From the human T2T-CHM13v2.0 reference genome, Homo sapiens, in the NCBI RefSeq assembly GCF_009914755.1, contig NC_060947.1: a stretch of DNA of 64,000 nucleotides, one strand, 5' to 3'. The notes under the pieces were generated by a model. It was not told where the DNA came from and did not search any database. It worked only from the letters and a program-made list of their open reading frames with translations. Every line of letters begins with the position of its first letter. Within the stretch, counting starts at the first letter, position 1. Shown piece after piece: positions 48,960-62,431 of the stretch. A program made the translations under genes and the position numbers.

Positions 48960-49034
48960 TTAGAAATATAATAGAAATTCTATTTCTACCTTTTAGAAAT
49001 ATAATAGAAATTCTATTTCTACCTTTTAGAAATA
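48960..49034. repeat. 33-bp tandem duplication (about 2.3 copies)
   Basis: ttagaaatataatagaaattctatttctacctt repeated exactly at 48960 and 48993. Confidence 0.9.
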
Positions 49035-49523
49035 GAATGAATAAACATCCAACATTTTTAAGAGAAGAGTCTGTGTAAATAAGAAAAGAGAGGCAGAATT
49101 ATCTGTGCTTTATATTAATACTTTGTTATAATTAAGAGGCTAGACTAATAAATCTGGCAAGGAACTCAAAAGGAAAAGGACTGAAGTATATTCAAGGATT
49201 ACAAATTCAGGTCTAAAATTGATCCATGACATAAACTTTTCTTGGCCTCACATGTCTAGAAGGTGCTCCAATGGCTAATGAAGAGAAATAATTTTGTACA
49301 AAAAATAACATTATGTACTATTTGTAGATTTCCACATATATGTAATGATGTATGCATGTGAATATTCATTTTAACTTGAATTCAGTAAATTAAATAATTC
49401 TCTAACTTTATATTGTGGATTTCGTGATTTTTAATTTTTTTTTCACTTTTTAAAAAATATAGTGACTTTATTTCCACTATTTTATAGTCCTCAGTATTGC
49501 AGCTTATAAGAATCCTCATCTAT

Positions 49524-51357
49524 TTGTCTATTAATAATAGACAAACAAAGAGCCAAATCATGGGTGAACTCCCATTCACAATTGCTACCAAAAGAATAAA
49601 ATATCTAGGAATACCACTTACAAGGGATGTGAAGGACCTCTTCACAAAGAACTACACACTACTACTCAAGGAAATAAGAGAGGACACAAGCAAATGAAAA
49701 AACATTCCATGCTCATGGATAGGAAGAATCGATATCATGAAAATGGACAAACTGTCCAAATTAATTTATAGATTCAATGGTATACCAATCAAGCCACCAT
49801 TGACTTTCTCACAGAATTAGAAAAAACTACTTTAAATTTCATATGGAACCAAAAAAGAGCCCGTATAGCCAAGACAATCTTAAGCAAAAAGAACAAAGCT
49901 GGAGGCATCACACTACGTGATTTCAAACCATACTACAAGGCTACAGTAACCAAAACAGCATGGTACTGGTACCAAAACAGATATATAGACCAATGGAACA
50001 GAACAGAGGCCTCAGAAATAATGCCACACATCTGCAACCATCTGGTCTTTGAAAAATCTGACAAAAACAAGCAACGGGAAAAGGATTTTCTATTTAATAA
50101 ATGATGTTGGGAAAACTGGTGAGCCATATGCAGAAAACTGAAATGGGACCCCTTCCTTACACCTTATACAAAAATTAATTAACTCAAGATGGATTAAAGA
50201 CTTAAATGTAAGACCTAACACCACAAAAACCCTAGAAGAAAACCTAGGCAATACCATTCAGGACATAGGCATGGGGAAAGACTTCATGACTAAAACACCC
50301 AAAGCAATGGCAACAAGAGACAAGATTGACAAATGGGATCTAATTAAACTAAAGAGCTTTTGCACAGCAAAAGAAACTATCATCAGAGTGAATAGGAAAA
50401 TTACAGAATGGGAGAAAATTTTTGCAATCTATCCATCTGAAAAAGGGCTAATATCCGGAATCTACAAAGAACTTATGAAAATTTACAAGAAAAAAACAAC
50501 CCCATCAAAAAGTGGGTGAAGGATATGAACAGACACTTCTCAAAAAAAGACATTTATGCAGCCAATAAACATACAGAAAAAACCTCATCATCACTGGTCA
50601 TTAGAGAAATGTAAATCAAAACCACAATGAGATGCCATTTCATGCCAATTAGAATGATGATCATTAAAAAGTCAGGAAACAACAGATGCTGGAGGGGATG
50701 TGGAGAAATAGGAATGCTTTTACACTATTGGTGGGAGTGTAAATTAGTTCAACCATTGTGGAAGACAGTGTGGCGATTCCTCAACGATCTAGAGCCAGAA
50801 ATACGATTTGACCCAGCAATGCCATTACTGGGCATATACCCAAAGGATTATAAATCATTCTACTATAAAGACACATGCTCAGGTATGTTTATTGCAACAC
50901 TGTGCACAATAGCAAAGACTTGGAACCAACCCAAATGCCCAACAATTATAGGCTGGATAAAGAAAATGTGGCACATATACACCATGGAATACTATGCAGC
51001 CATAAAAAAGGATGAGTTCCTGTCCTTTGCAGGGACATGGATGAAGCTGGAAACCATTATTCTCAGCAAACTAACACAGAAACAGAAAATCAAACACCAC
51101 ATGTTCTCACTTATAAGTGGGAATTGAACAAAGAGAACATATAGAAACAGGGAAGGGAACATCACACACTGGGGCCTGTCAGGGGGTGGGGGGCTAGGGG
51201 AGGGGTAGCATTAGGAGAAATACCTAATGTAGATTATGGGTTGATGGGTGCAGCAAACCACCATGGCACGTTTATACCTATGTAACAAACCTGCACATTC
51301 TACACATGTATCCCATAACTTAAAGTATAATAATAAAAAATAAATAAATTTTTAAAA
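49524..51357 (+). mobile_element. 5'-truncated L1PA7-like LINE-1 in the pseudogene 3' UTR
   Basis: ORF2 remnants 50271-50519 and 50627-51127. 3' UTR 'ggagaaatacctaatgtaga...gcaaaccaccatggcacg'. 16-bp TSD aagaat(c/t)ctcatctat at 49508-49523 and 51358-51373. Confidence 0.93.
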
Positions 51358-52544
51358 AAGAATTCTCATCTATAAACACAAAAATATTTCAAGAAAGTAT
51401 GTTACAAAATAGTACATATAAGCAATAATTTGACAGAATCTTATTAACTCTAGTAATTCATACCCCCAAAAATGGATTTTAAAATTCAAAAATAACATTT
51501 TGCCTTATTTAACATATGTTACAACTTATCATTTAAAATATTATTATTTATTTAAATATTTCATCAATGATACTGTGTAGATAAAATATTACACAAAATA
51601 TACTGTAGAAAATGTTTTGGTCTTTGATCTGAACAATAAATAAAAACATAGGCACTTCTATGCAGAGACAGGGAAGCAATCACTAGTCAGAACAATAAAC
51701 TTGTATAAGCAACATATGAAAATATGGCAATGATAAATCCTGGCATTTTAAACTGACAAACACTTATGTGAAAGTCTGCAGCTTCAATATTTTCACTCAA
51801 GTTCAAAAGTTACATGTTTTCCTGGCCCATACTGAAACTTCACAAACACAATATGGTTGTCAGGGGCATTTCAATCTTCAGTTGGCTATTGCAGAATCAT
51901 ACTCATTATTTTCAAATACTAAAATTAAATAACAATTATGATACCACCTAGTAAATCAAATACAAGAAAAAATAAACTCTCTTTCTCATTGTTACCATGA
52001 GACCACAACAATATAAATTAGTGATTCTCATTTTGTAAAATTAACTAACACAAGAAAATAACACTGGAGTGGCAGAAAATTTCAAGAGAAGTCAATTTTT
52101 CTAGACAATTTTTAAAATTTAGCCAAATCTCAGAAGAATAAATATAACTCAATTTCACATAAACCACCAAATCACAAATAACAAAGTAATTATAACCAAT
52201 AGGTTTATAAACACCTGAATTACAGATAAATCAATCTTTATTATGGGTAGTAGGAGGTATTATTGGGTTTTAGGTAGTATTATGTAGGAGGGCAAACCAA
52301 AAATAACAAAATGGTCAAATTCCAGAAACATGATTTCATATGAAAAGAGGGGATAAATTAATGAATAATGACCACCAGCTGGTAGGAATGATCAGAATCA
52401 ATCATCCTACCATATCATCCATAAAAAAAAATATATCATTTATTTTCCCTCTTCACATAAATATGAAATTGAAGGGTGTAGAGGTTCTCAAATGGATACT
52501 ACTCATAAAATCAATTTTAATGATTTAACATAGAAATTATGGTA

Positions 52545-55500
52545 GGTGGGGGAGAGGCCAAGATGGCCAACAGGCAACAGCTGTGGTAGAAGGCTCCTAC
52601 CAAGAAGAAAGAAAACGGGGAATAAATTTTGCACTGGCAACTGAGGTATCCAGGTTCTCTCATTGGGACAGACTAGTCAGTTGGCATGACCACAGAGAGC
52701 AAGGAAAAGCAGGGTGAAGCAATGGCCCAACTGGGGGTCACACGGAGCAAAGGGAGCTCCCACTCCCAGCCAAAAAGGTAGTGAGTGATTGTGTTAACTC
52801 ACCCTCGAAATCATGCTTTATCCATCAATCTGTGCAGCCCACAGATCAGGAGATAACCCTTGTGAGCCCATGCCACCAGGGCCTTCAGTCCCAAGCACAG
52901 AGCTGTGCAGATTCTCTGCAGCAGCCACTCCACTGGAAACTGCCTACGACTACCAAGTTTCTGGAGGAAAGGGTGGCCATCATCATTGAAGATGCCTGCT
53001 ATCTAACACAACTGAGCTCCTGGTGGGAGGGGTGGCAGCCATCACCGCAGCTCCAGTCTGCTGTTTTTCCTCTGCCAGTGCTGGGGAGACTGTGTGGTTT
53101 GGAACCAGGAGGAATTCCCCACAGCGCAGCACAGCAGCTATGGCAGATTGTGGACAGACTGCCTCTTTAGGCTGGACCTTGACTCATCCCTCCTCACTGG
53201 GTGGGGCCTTCTTTGGGAATCTCAGCAACTCTAGCCAGGGGTTTACAGAGGGAACTCTAATCTTGGGACAGAGCCCCTGGGGGGAGGGGTGGTCATGGTC
53301 TCCACAGATCAGTGGATTTAGTCTTTACCCCTGTTTGCACTGAAGAATCCAGGCAGTCCAGATGAGTGGGATTCCTCCCAGTGCAGTGCACTCCCTCAGC
53401 AAAGGGGCAGCCAGAGTACTTCATTAAGCGGGTCCCTGATCCTGTGCCTCCTGACTGTGTCAGACTCCCAACAGGGGTTGCCAGATACCTTACACAGGAG
53501 CATTGTTGCAGGCATCAGGTTGATGCCCCTCTGGGACGGAGCTCCCAGAGGAAGGAACAGGCAGCCATCTTTGTTGTTCTGCAGCCTCTACTAGTGACCC
53601 CTCCAGGTGTGGAAGGGACCCAGGCAAATAGAGTCTGGATTGGACCCCCAGAAAACCACAGCAGCCCAACGGAAAAGGGGCCTGACTATTAAAAGAAAGA
53701 CAAATGAACAGAAAGCAACAACAGCAACAGCATCAAAAAAGAAGTCCCCACAAAAACTCCATCCAGAGTTCAGCAGCCTCAAAGACTGAAGCTACATAAA
53801 TTCATGAAGATTAGAAAGAACCAATGAAAAAATGCTGAAAGCTCAAAAAGCCAGAGTGTCTCTTCTCCTGCAAATGATTGCAACACCTCTCCAGCAAGGC
53901 TACAGAACTGGGCTGAGGCTGAGATAGATGAATTGACAGAGCAGGCTTCAGAAGGTGGGTAATAACAAATTTTGCTGAGCTAAAAAAGCATGTTCTAACC
54001 CAATGCAAAGAAGCTAAAAACCATGATAAAACATTACAGGAGCTGTTACCCAGAATAACTAGTTTAGAGAGGAAAATAAATAACATACTGAAGATGAAAA
54101 ATACAACATGAGAACTTCACAATGCAACCACAAGTATGAAAAACTGAATAGACCCAGCAGAAGAAAGAATTTTAGAGCCAGGAAACTATCTTGCTGAAGG
54201 AAGACAGGCAGCAAGATTAGAAGATAAAGAATGAAAAGGAATAAACAAAACCTTCAAGAACGATGGGATTATTTAAAAAAAAAAAACCTATGACTGATTG
54301 GGGGTACCTGAAAGAGACAGGGAAAACAGAACCAAGCTGGAAACATATTTTAGGATATCATCCAGGAGAACTTCCTCAACCTAGCAAGACAGGCCAACAT
54401 TCAAATTTTTCAGGAAATCCAGAGAATCCCAGTAAGACACTTCATAAAAAGATCAACCCCAAGGCACTTAATCATCAGATTCTCCAAGGTTGAAATGAAG
54501 AAAAACATGTTAAGGGCACCAGAAAGAAAGGCCAGGTTATGTACAAAAGGAAACCCATCAGACTGACAGAAGACCTTTCAGCAGAAACCCTACAAGCCAG
54601 AAGAGTTTGGGGGCCAATATTCAACATTCTTAAAGAAAAGAATTTTCATCCCAGAATTTCATATTTGGCCAAACTAAGCTTCATAAGGGAAGGAGAAATA
54701 AGATCCTTTTCAGACAAGCAAATGGTGAGGGAATTCATCACTACCAGGACTGTCTTGCTAGAGCTCCTCAAGGAAACACTAAATATGGAAAGGAAAAACC
54801 ATTACTAGCCACTTCAGAAACAAACCAAAGTATAAAGACCAATGACACTCTGAAGTAATGACATCAAGTCTGAAAAAAAAAAAAAACACAGCTAGCATTA
54901 TGATGACAGGATCAAATTCACACATAACAATAGTTACCTGAAATGTAAATTTGCTAAACATGCCAATTAAAAGACACAGAATGACAAGTTGGATAAAGAG
55001 TCAAAACCCATCAGTGTACTGTATTCAAGAGACCCATCTCACATGGAAAAAAACACATAGGCTCAAAATAAAGGAATGGAGGAAAACTTATCAAGCAAAT
55101 GAAAAGCAGAAAAATGCAGGGGTTGCAATCCTAGTTTCTGACAAAACAGACTTTAAACCAACAAAGATCAAAACAGACAAAGAAGAGCATTACAAGATGG
55201 TAAAGGGTTCAATTCAACAAGAAGACCTAACCATCCTAAATATATATGCACCTAATATGGGAGCACCAAGATTCATAAAATAAGTTCTTAGAGACCTACC
55301 AAGAGACTTAGGCTCCCACACAATAATAGTGGGAGACTTTAACACCCCACTGTCAATATTAGACAGATCATCGAGACAGAAAATTTACAAGGATATTCAG
55401 GACTTAGACTCAGCTCTGGATCAAGTGGACCTGATAGATTTCTACAGAATTCTCCATTGAAAAACAACAGAACATACATTATTCTCAGTGCCACATGGCA

Positions 55501-58500
55501 TTTATTCTAAAATCAATCACATAATTGGAAGTAAACACTCCTCAGCAAAAGCAAATGAACTGAAATCAAAACAGTTTCTCAGACCACAGTACAATAAAAT
55601 TAGAACTCAAGATTAAGAAACTCACTCAAAAACACAAAACTACATGGAAACTGAAAAACCCACTCCTGAATGACTGCTGGGAGATAATGAAATTAAGGCA
55701 GAAATCAAGAAGTTCTTTGGAACCAATGAGAGCAAAGAGACAACATGACAGAATCTCTGACACTCACCTAAGGCAGTGTTAAGAGGGAAATTTAGAGCAC
55801 TAAATGCCCACATCAAAAAGCTAGAAAGATCTCAAATTGACACCTAATATCACAACAAAAAGAACTAGAGAGCCAAGAGCAAACAACTCCCAAAGCTAGC
55901 AGAAGAATAGAAATCACCAAGATCAGACCAGAACTGAAGGAGGCAGAGACACAAAAAACCCTTCAAAAAATCAATGAACTCAGGAGCTAGGTTTTAGAAA
56001 AAAATAAAATAGATGGACCATTAGCTAAACTAAAAGAGAGAAGAATCAAATAGAAACAATAAAAAATGATAAAGGGTATATCATCACTGATTCCACAGAA
56101 ATACAAACAACCATCAGAGAATACTATGAACAACTCTATGCAAATAAACTAAAAAATCTAGAAGAAATGGATAAATTCCTGGACACATACACCCTCCCTA
56201 GATTGAACAAGGAAGAAGTTGAATCCCTGAATAGACCAATAACAAGTTCTAAAATTTAGGCAGTAATAAATAGCCTACCAACCAAAAAAAGCCCAGAACC
56301 AGATGGATTTACAGCTGAATTCTACCAGAGGTACAAAGAAGAGCTGGTACCATTTCTTCCAAAATTATTCCAAACAAATGAAAAGGGACAGACTCCTCCC
56401 TAACTCATTTTATGAGGCCAGCATCATCCTGATACCAAAACCTGTCAGAGATACAACAAAAAAGAAAACTTCAGGCCAATGTCCCCGATAAAATCAATGA
56501 AATAATCCTTAATAAAATACCAGCAGAACAAATCCAGCAGCACATCAAAAAGCTTACCCAACACTATTGAGTCAACTTCATCCCAAGGATACAAGGCTGG
56601 TTCAACATATGGAAATCAACCAACATAATTCATTATATAAACAGAACCAAAGACAAAAACCACATGACTATCTCAAGAGATGCAGCAAAAGCCTTCAATA
56701 AAATTTAACATCCCTTCTTGTTAAAAACTCTCAATAAACTAGGTATTGGTGGAATATACCTCAAAATAAGAGCAATTTATGACAAACTCACAGCCAATAT
56801 CATACTGAATGGGCAAAAGCTGGAAGCATTCCCCTTGAAAACCAGCACTAGACAAGAATGTCCTCTCTCACCACTCCTATTCAACATAGTATTGGAAATT
56901 CTCAGAGTAATCAGGCAAGAGAAAGAAAGAAGGGACATTCAAGTAAGAAGAGAGAAAGTCAAACCATCTCTGTTTGCAGATGACATAATCCCATATCTAG
57001 AAAACCCCATTGTCTCAGTCCAAACGTTTCTTAAGGTGATAAGAAACTTCAGCAAAGTCTCAGGATACAAAATCAATGTGCAAAAATCACAAGCATTCCT
57101 ATGTGGCAACAATAGACAGAGAGCCAAATCATGAATGAACTCCCATTCACAATTGCTACAAAGAGAAGAACACAACTAGAAATACAGCTAACAAGAGAAG
57201 TGAAGGACCTCTTCAATGAGAACTACAAACCACTGCTCAAGAAAATCAGAGATGACACAAATAGAAAAACATTCCATGCTCATGGATAAAAAGAATCAAT
57301 ATCGTGAAAATGGTCATACTGCCTAATCTATAGATTCAATGGTATTCCCATTAAACTATCATTGACATTCTTCACAGAATTAGAAAAACTACTTTAAAAT
57401 TCATATGGAACCAAAAAAGAGTGCATATCATCAAAACAGTCCTAAGCAAAAGAACAAAGCTGGAAGCATCACATTACCAGACTTGAAACTATACTACAAG
57501 CTTACAGTAACCAAAACAGCACAGTACTGGTACAAAAACAGACACACAGAACAAAGAAATGGAATAGAGATCTGAGAAACAAGACCGCACATCTACAACC
57601 ATCTGATCTTTGACAAAGCTGACAAAAACAAGCAATGAAGAAAGAATTCCCACCATTAATAAATGGTGTTGGGAGAACTGGCTAGCCATATGCAGAAAAC
57701 TGAAACTGGACCCCTTCCTTACACCTTATACAAAAATTAATTCAAGAGGGATTAAAGACTTAAATGTAACACCCCAAATTATAAAAACCCTACAAAGCAA
57801 ATCTAGGCAGTACCATTCAGGACATAGGCTCAGGCAAAGATTTCATGATGATAACATCAAAAGCAATTGCAACAAAAGCTAATATTGACAAATGGGATCT
57901 AATTAAACTAAAGAGCTTCTGCACACAAAAGAACCTATCAACAGAGTAAACAGACAACCTACACGATGGGAGAAAAATTTTGCAATATATATCCATTTGA
58001 TGAGGGGCTAATATCCAGAATCTGCAAGAAACTTAAACAAATTTACAAGAAAAAAAACAAACAACCCATTAAAAAGTGGGCAAAGAACATGAACAGACAT
58101 TTCTCAAGAGAAGACATTCATGAGGCCAAGAAACATGAAAAAAAGCTCCACTTCACTGATCATTAGAGAAATGCAAATCAAAACCACAGTGAGATACCAT
58201 CTCATGCCAGTCAGAATGGTGATTATTAAAAAGTCAAGAAATAACAGATGCTCGTGAGGCTGAGGAGAAAAAGGAACACTTTTACACTATGGTAGAAAAG
58301 TAAATTAGTTCAACCATTGTGGAAGACAGTGTGGCAATTCCTCAAAGACCTAGAGGCAGAAATATCATTTGACCCAGCAATCCCATTACCGGGGATATAC
58401 CCAAAAGAATACTACTCATTCTATTATAAAGATACATGCACATGTATGTTGATTTCAGCACTATTCACAATAGCAAAGACATGGAATCAACCCAAATGCC

Positions 58501-58910
58501 CATCAATGATAAACTGGATAAAGAAAATATGGTACATATACACCATGGAATACTATGCAGCCATAAATAAGAATGAGATCATACCCTTTGCAGGAGCACG
58601 GATGGAGCTCAAAGCCATTATTCTCTGCAGACTAATGCACGAACAGAAAACCAACCACCACATGTTCTCACTTGTAAGTGGGAGCTGAAGAATGAGAAAA
58701 CATGGACACAGGGAGGGGAACAACACACAATGGGGCTTGTGGAGGGGGGGGGGAAGAAGAGCATCAGGAAAAATAGCTAATACATGCTAAGCTTAATACC
58801 TAGGTGATGGGTTGATAAGTGCAGCAAACCACCATGGCAAACGTTTACCTATGTAACAAACCTGCATGTCATGCGCATGTATCCCAGAACTTAAAAAAAA
58901 ATTAATTTTT
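52545..58910 (+). mobile_element. Full-length decayed L1PA (L1PA8A-11-like)
   Basis: 5' start 'gggggagaggccaagatggcc', 1.25-kb 5' UTR, ORF1 remnant about 53810-54860, ORF2 from atgacaggatcaaattcacac (54903) to 58688, 3' UTR and A-tail. Degenerate ~13-bp TSD agaaattatggta (52532-52544) / aaaaaatattgta (58911-58923). Confidence 0.93.
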
Positions 58911-60080
58911 AAAAAATATTGTAATGTGAGAACACAACACGGGAACCACTCAAAATACACCTTTCTATGCAAAATTTAGTTTGGATATATTTTAGCATTT
59001 TAAATAAACATTTTGCAACCGAGACCAAATAACAATCATCTCTTCAGGTTTTCCACTATGTACTAACATCAGATCTATGTAGGAACAAATGTTATTCTTG
59101 TTTGTCTCCTTCATATCAAATGTCCTGAAGCCTTTGTGCTTCTCTGGAACAAGGCTAAGTTTTTGAAGGCACATTGCAGTATAAAAATCATCAATAGGTT
59201 AGAGATGGACCCAGTCAGTGATATGGTACAGCCTCAGAGCCAGGTGGCTGGACTAGAGGAATCCGCCCTCCCCCTTGCATAGGGTGAGTAGAGGACAGAG
59301 TAAACAACTTCTAGAATGTAGTATTTCAGCTTCTTATCCCCATGAGGTCCAGCATTGTGGATCACATCACCTATAAACAGATCTTTGGCTTTTTTTCTTG
59401 AATAAGCTATTCACGTAATTCAGTATGTAATGGGTGTTCACAAAAACATCATCTTTGCCCTTGAAAACAAGCTACGTGTCTGGGCAGGAAGTACTTACCC
59501 AGCGAGAAACAACACTTCTTTCAGAGACAACTTGAAGAAAGTGTCTCTATAGCTCCGCATAAAACTATCTTGGGTGCTTCTCATTCTCAAATTTCAGCAT
59601 ATCAGAAAAGTCCGGATGGTTGACCTCTGGGGGTATCTGACCCAGCAAGAAAACTTACATCACCCTTTGGTTTCCCACGTTGGTTTCTCTGACCCAGGAA
59701 TCCGGAATCACTTGCCTTCTGGCAAAATGCGGAGTGAGGTACTTAATCACCAGAAATAAGAAGTGCTTCTTTGCACACTTATCTGGCTGATCTAAAAGCA
59801 GTGAATCATTGCAGCATCTCAAATACATCAGAAAGTCATCAAATCTGTCCAGGAAATTGTTAAAATCTGTAACCACTGACGTGACCCTCAAGTCAGGTTC
59901 ACAGTAATTCAGATGGCTTATACTGAAAAACCCGTACACTTCCCCGTCTGGTTGGCCAACATACTCAGGATGGGATTGTACCACTTGTTCAGCTTTTCTT
60001 GTTCTCTGTTCCAGTGTGCCTCGAGAGGTGTAGCAATCTTCCAAAGCTTCTCTTTGGGTATTATTATTAACCCACCTTAC

Positions 60081-60082
<2 letters not shown>

Positions 60083-60120
<38 letters not shown>
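60083..60120. repeat. (TTA)n/(TAA)n microsatellite inside the pseudogene CDS
   Basis: About 12 perfect units seen directly. Confidence 0.95.
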
Positions 60121-60953
60121 GGCTACTGCTTTTGGAGGCTTCCACAATCAAATAAATGAAGACATTTGCCATCATCAGGTTACCCAACAACTTTATTCTT
60201 CAACGTTCAACACTCATGTCTCATATCTTGTCCAAGACTAGTTCCAGCTCGGTGGTGCGGGGGTGGGGGCACGGGGTGGGGGTGGGAAATCGCTGCCATA
60301 CCCACTTTTCCCACGCCGCTCCACACCGCTCAGCCCTGAGAAGGCCACAGCTCAGCCTCTATGGGCGGTCGGGCGGTGGGGACAGCTCTAGTTCACCTCA
60401 CCTTGCCTCCAGCACTCGCCACTGCAGCCGATGTGCCTCAGTCCGGGTTCCGTCTTCAGCTCCTGGCACTGGTGCCACTGGCACCCTGGGGTACCTCGCC
60501 CGGCCCCCTTACTTTTTTTTTTTTTTTTTACTTTTTGAAATAAAGTACTGGTTAACAACCCTACTAGGTACGTTGGTACATGGAATAGACATTCTCTTCG
60601 AGAATGGTAACAACAACAATTCTTAGAAGTGATAACTTTATGCCAGGAGACACAAAAATTCCCCCAAGAAAGGTCTCAATCAATAGCCTAATCTTCCATC
60701 CTAAAAGCCTAAGAAAAGAAAAAATCCAAAGCAAGCACAAGGAAGAAAATAATAAACATTAGCATGTAAATAAATGGAACAGAGACTAAAAATAGATAAA
60801 ATCAATGAAAACAAAGGTTATATTTTTGAAAAGCTCAACAAAATTTACAAACGTTTAGCTACACTGACCAAGAAAAACAGAGAGAAGATTCAGATTACTA
60901 GAATCAGAAATAAAAGGGGACATGACTACCAACATTATGAAATAAAAAGCATT

Positions 60954-61232
60954 GGCTGGGCGCAGTGGCTCACGCCTGTAATCCCAGCACTTTGGGAGGC
61001 CAAGGCAGGCGGATCACTAGAGGTCAAGAGTTCGAGAACAGCCCGGCCAACATAGCAAAACCCCGTCTCTACCAAAAATACAAAAATTAGCTGGGCATGG
61101 TGGCACAGACCTGTAATCCCAGTTACTTGGGAGGCTCAGGCATGAGAATGGCTTGAACCCAGAAGTAGAAGTTGTAATGAGCTGAGATTGCACTACTGCC
61201 CTTCAGTCTGGGCAACAAAGCGAGACTCTGCC

Positions 61233-61261
<29 letters not shown>
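60954..61261 (+). mobile_element. AluS (AluSz-like)
   Basis: Dimeric Alu with 'ggatcactagaggtcaagagttcgaga', CpG decay, ~29-nt A-tail. Confidence 0.92.
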
Positions 61262-61263
<2 letters not shown>

Positions 61264-61791
61264 AAATACAATATGCAATTGTATACCAACAAATCAATAA
61301 ATTAGATAGTTTATGTAAATGGATACATTTTCCAGAAAGACACAAACATACGAAACTGACTCAAGAAGATATTTTTTTAAAAGTCCAAATAGAAATACAG
61401 CAAATAAAGAGATCAAATTAGTAATGAAACAACTACCAAAAAAAAAAATCCCATGCCAATATTTCACTCATAATTTCTTCAAACATGTAAAAGATTACCA
61501 CCAATGCTTCTCAAACTTCTCCAAAAAGGTAGAATAGGAGGAAACACTTTTCAATTCTCTTTATCAGGCCAGTTTTACCCAGATACCAAGACCAGACAAA
61601 CATTACACACACACAAGCTAAAGACTAATATCCTTTATGAATATAGATGCAAAAATCCTTGACAAAATATTAGTAAACCAAACCCAACAACATATAAAAA
61701 TAATTATACAAGATTATACAATATAACCAAGTGAAATTTATCCCAGGAATTGAAAGTTGATAACATTTGTAGACCAATCAATATAACATAC

Positions 61792-62200
61792 TGTTTCAGT
61801 CTGTGCTGCTATAACAAAATACCACAGGCTGGGTAATTTATAAAAAACAAAAACATATATTTTTTCGTAGTTCTGAAGGCTGCAAGGTACAAAATCAAGG
61901 TGACAGCATTTAGTATCTGATGAGGACTGCTGTCTGGTTCCAAGATGGTGCCTTGTTGCTGCATCCTTCAGAGGAAATGAATACTGTATCTTCTCATGGC
62001 AGAAGGGAGGGAAGGGACTGAAGGGCAGGAGAGTGCCTCCATCAAACTTGAGCGTTTTATAAGGCTGCTAATCTTATTCATGAGGGTGGAGTCCTCATGA
62101 CTTAATCACCTCCCATAAGCCACACTTATTAATATTGCTGCATTGGGAATAAAGTTTCAACATGAATTTTGGAGGAGACACTATCTTTCAAACCAGAGTG
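61792..62200 (-). mobile_element. MST-type (MSTB/C-like) solo LTR
   Basis: 'gctgctataacaaaataccacaggctgggtaatttataaa...gttccaagatggtgcc...cctcatgacttaatcacctcc...aagtttcaacatgaattttggagg'. Confidence 0.8.
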
Positions 62201-62431
62201 TGCACCGTATTAATAGAATAAAAGGCAAAACCACACGATCATCTCACTAGATGGAGAAAAAGCATCTGACAAAATCCAATGCCTTTACATGAAAAAAAAA
62301 AAATTCAATGCACTAGGAATAGAAGAGGACATCCAGAACCTGTTACAAGGAATCTATGAAAGTCCCACAGCTAACATACTTAATGATTAAAGACTGGAAG
62401 CTTTTGCCCTAAGATAAAGTATAAGATAAGG

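Larger units (their letters stand above)
49452..60512 (-). pseudogene. B3GNT2P1: Processed pseudogene of B3GNT2 (beta-1,3-N-acetylglucosaminyltransferase 2), split by two L1 insertions; CDS remnant 58992-60217
   Basis: Minus translations match B3GNT2: MSVER*RIKLLGNLMMANVFIY, ISHLNYCEPDLRVTSVVT...DQPDKCAKK, MCLQKLSLVPEKHKGFRTFD...LKC*. Stops and frameshifts present. A GC-rich leader (60218-60510) is joined directly to the CDS. AT-rich 3' UTR pieces at 58924-58991, 51374-52544 and 49452-49507, with AATAAA at 49467-49472 (minus). The P1 symbol is assumed from recall. Confidence 0.88.

Noticed and set aside
52545-58910. Potentially active full-length L1
   Set aside because: Both ORFs are broken by many stops and frameshifts, and the 5' UTR CpGs are largely decayed.
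59913-60626. Plus-strand ORFs including a poly-Tyr tract and a 156-aa GC-rich ORF
   Set aside because: Antisense shadows of the B3GNT2 pseudogene, its (TTA)n repeat and a poly-T run.
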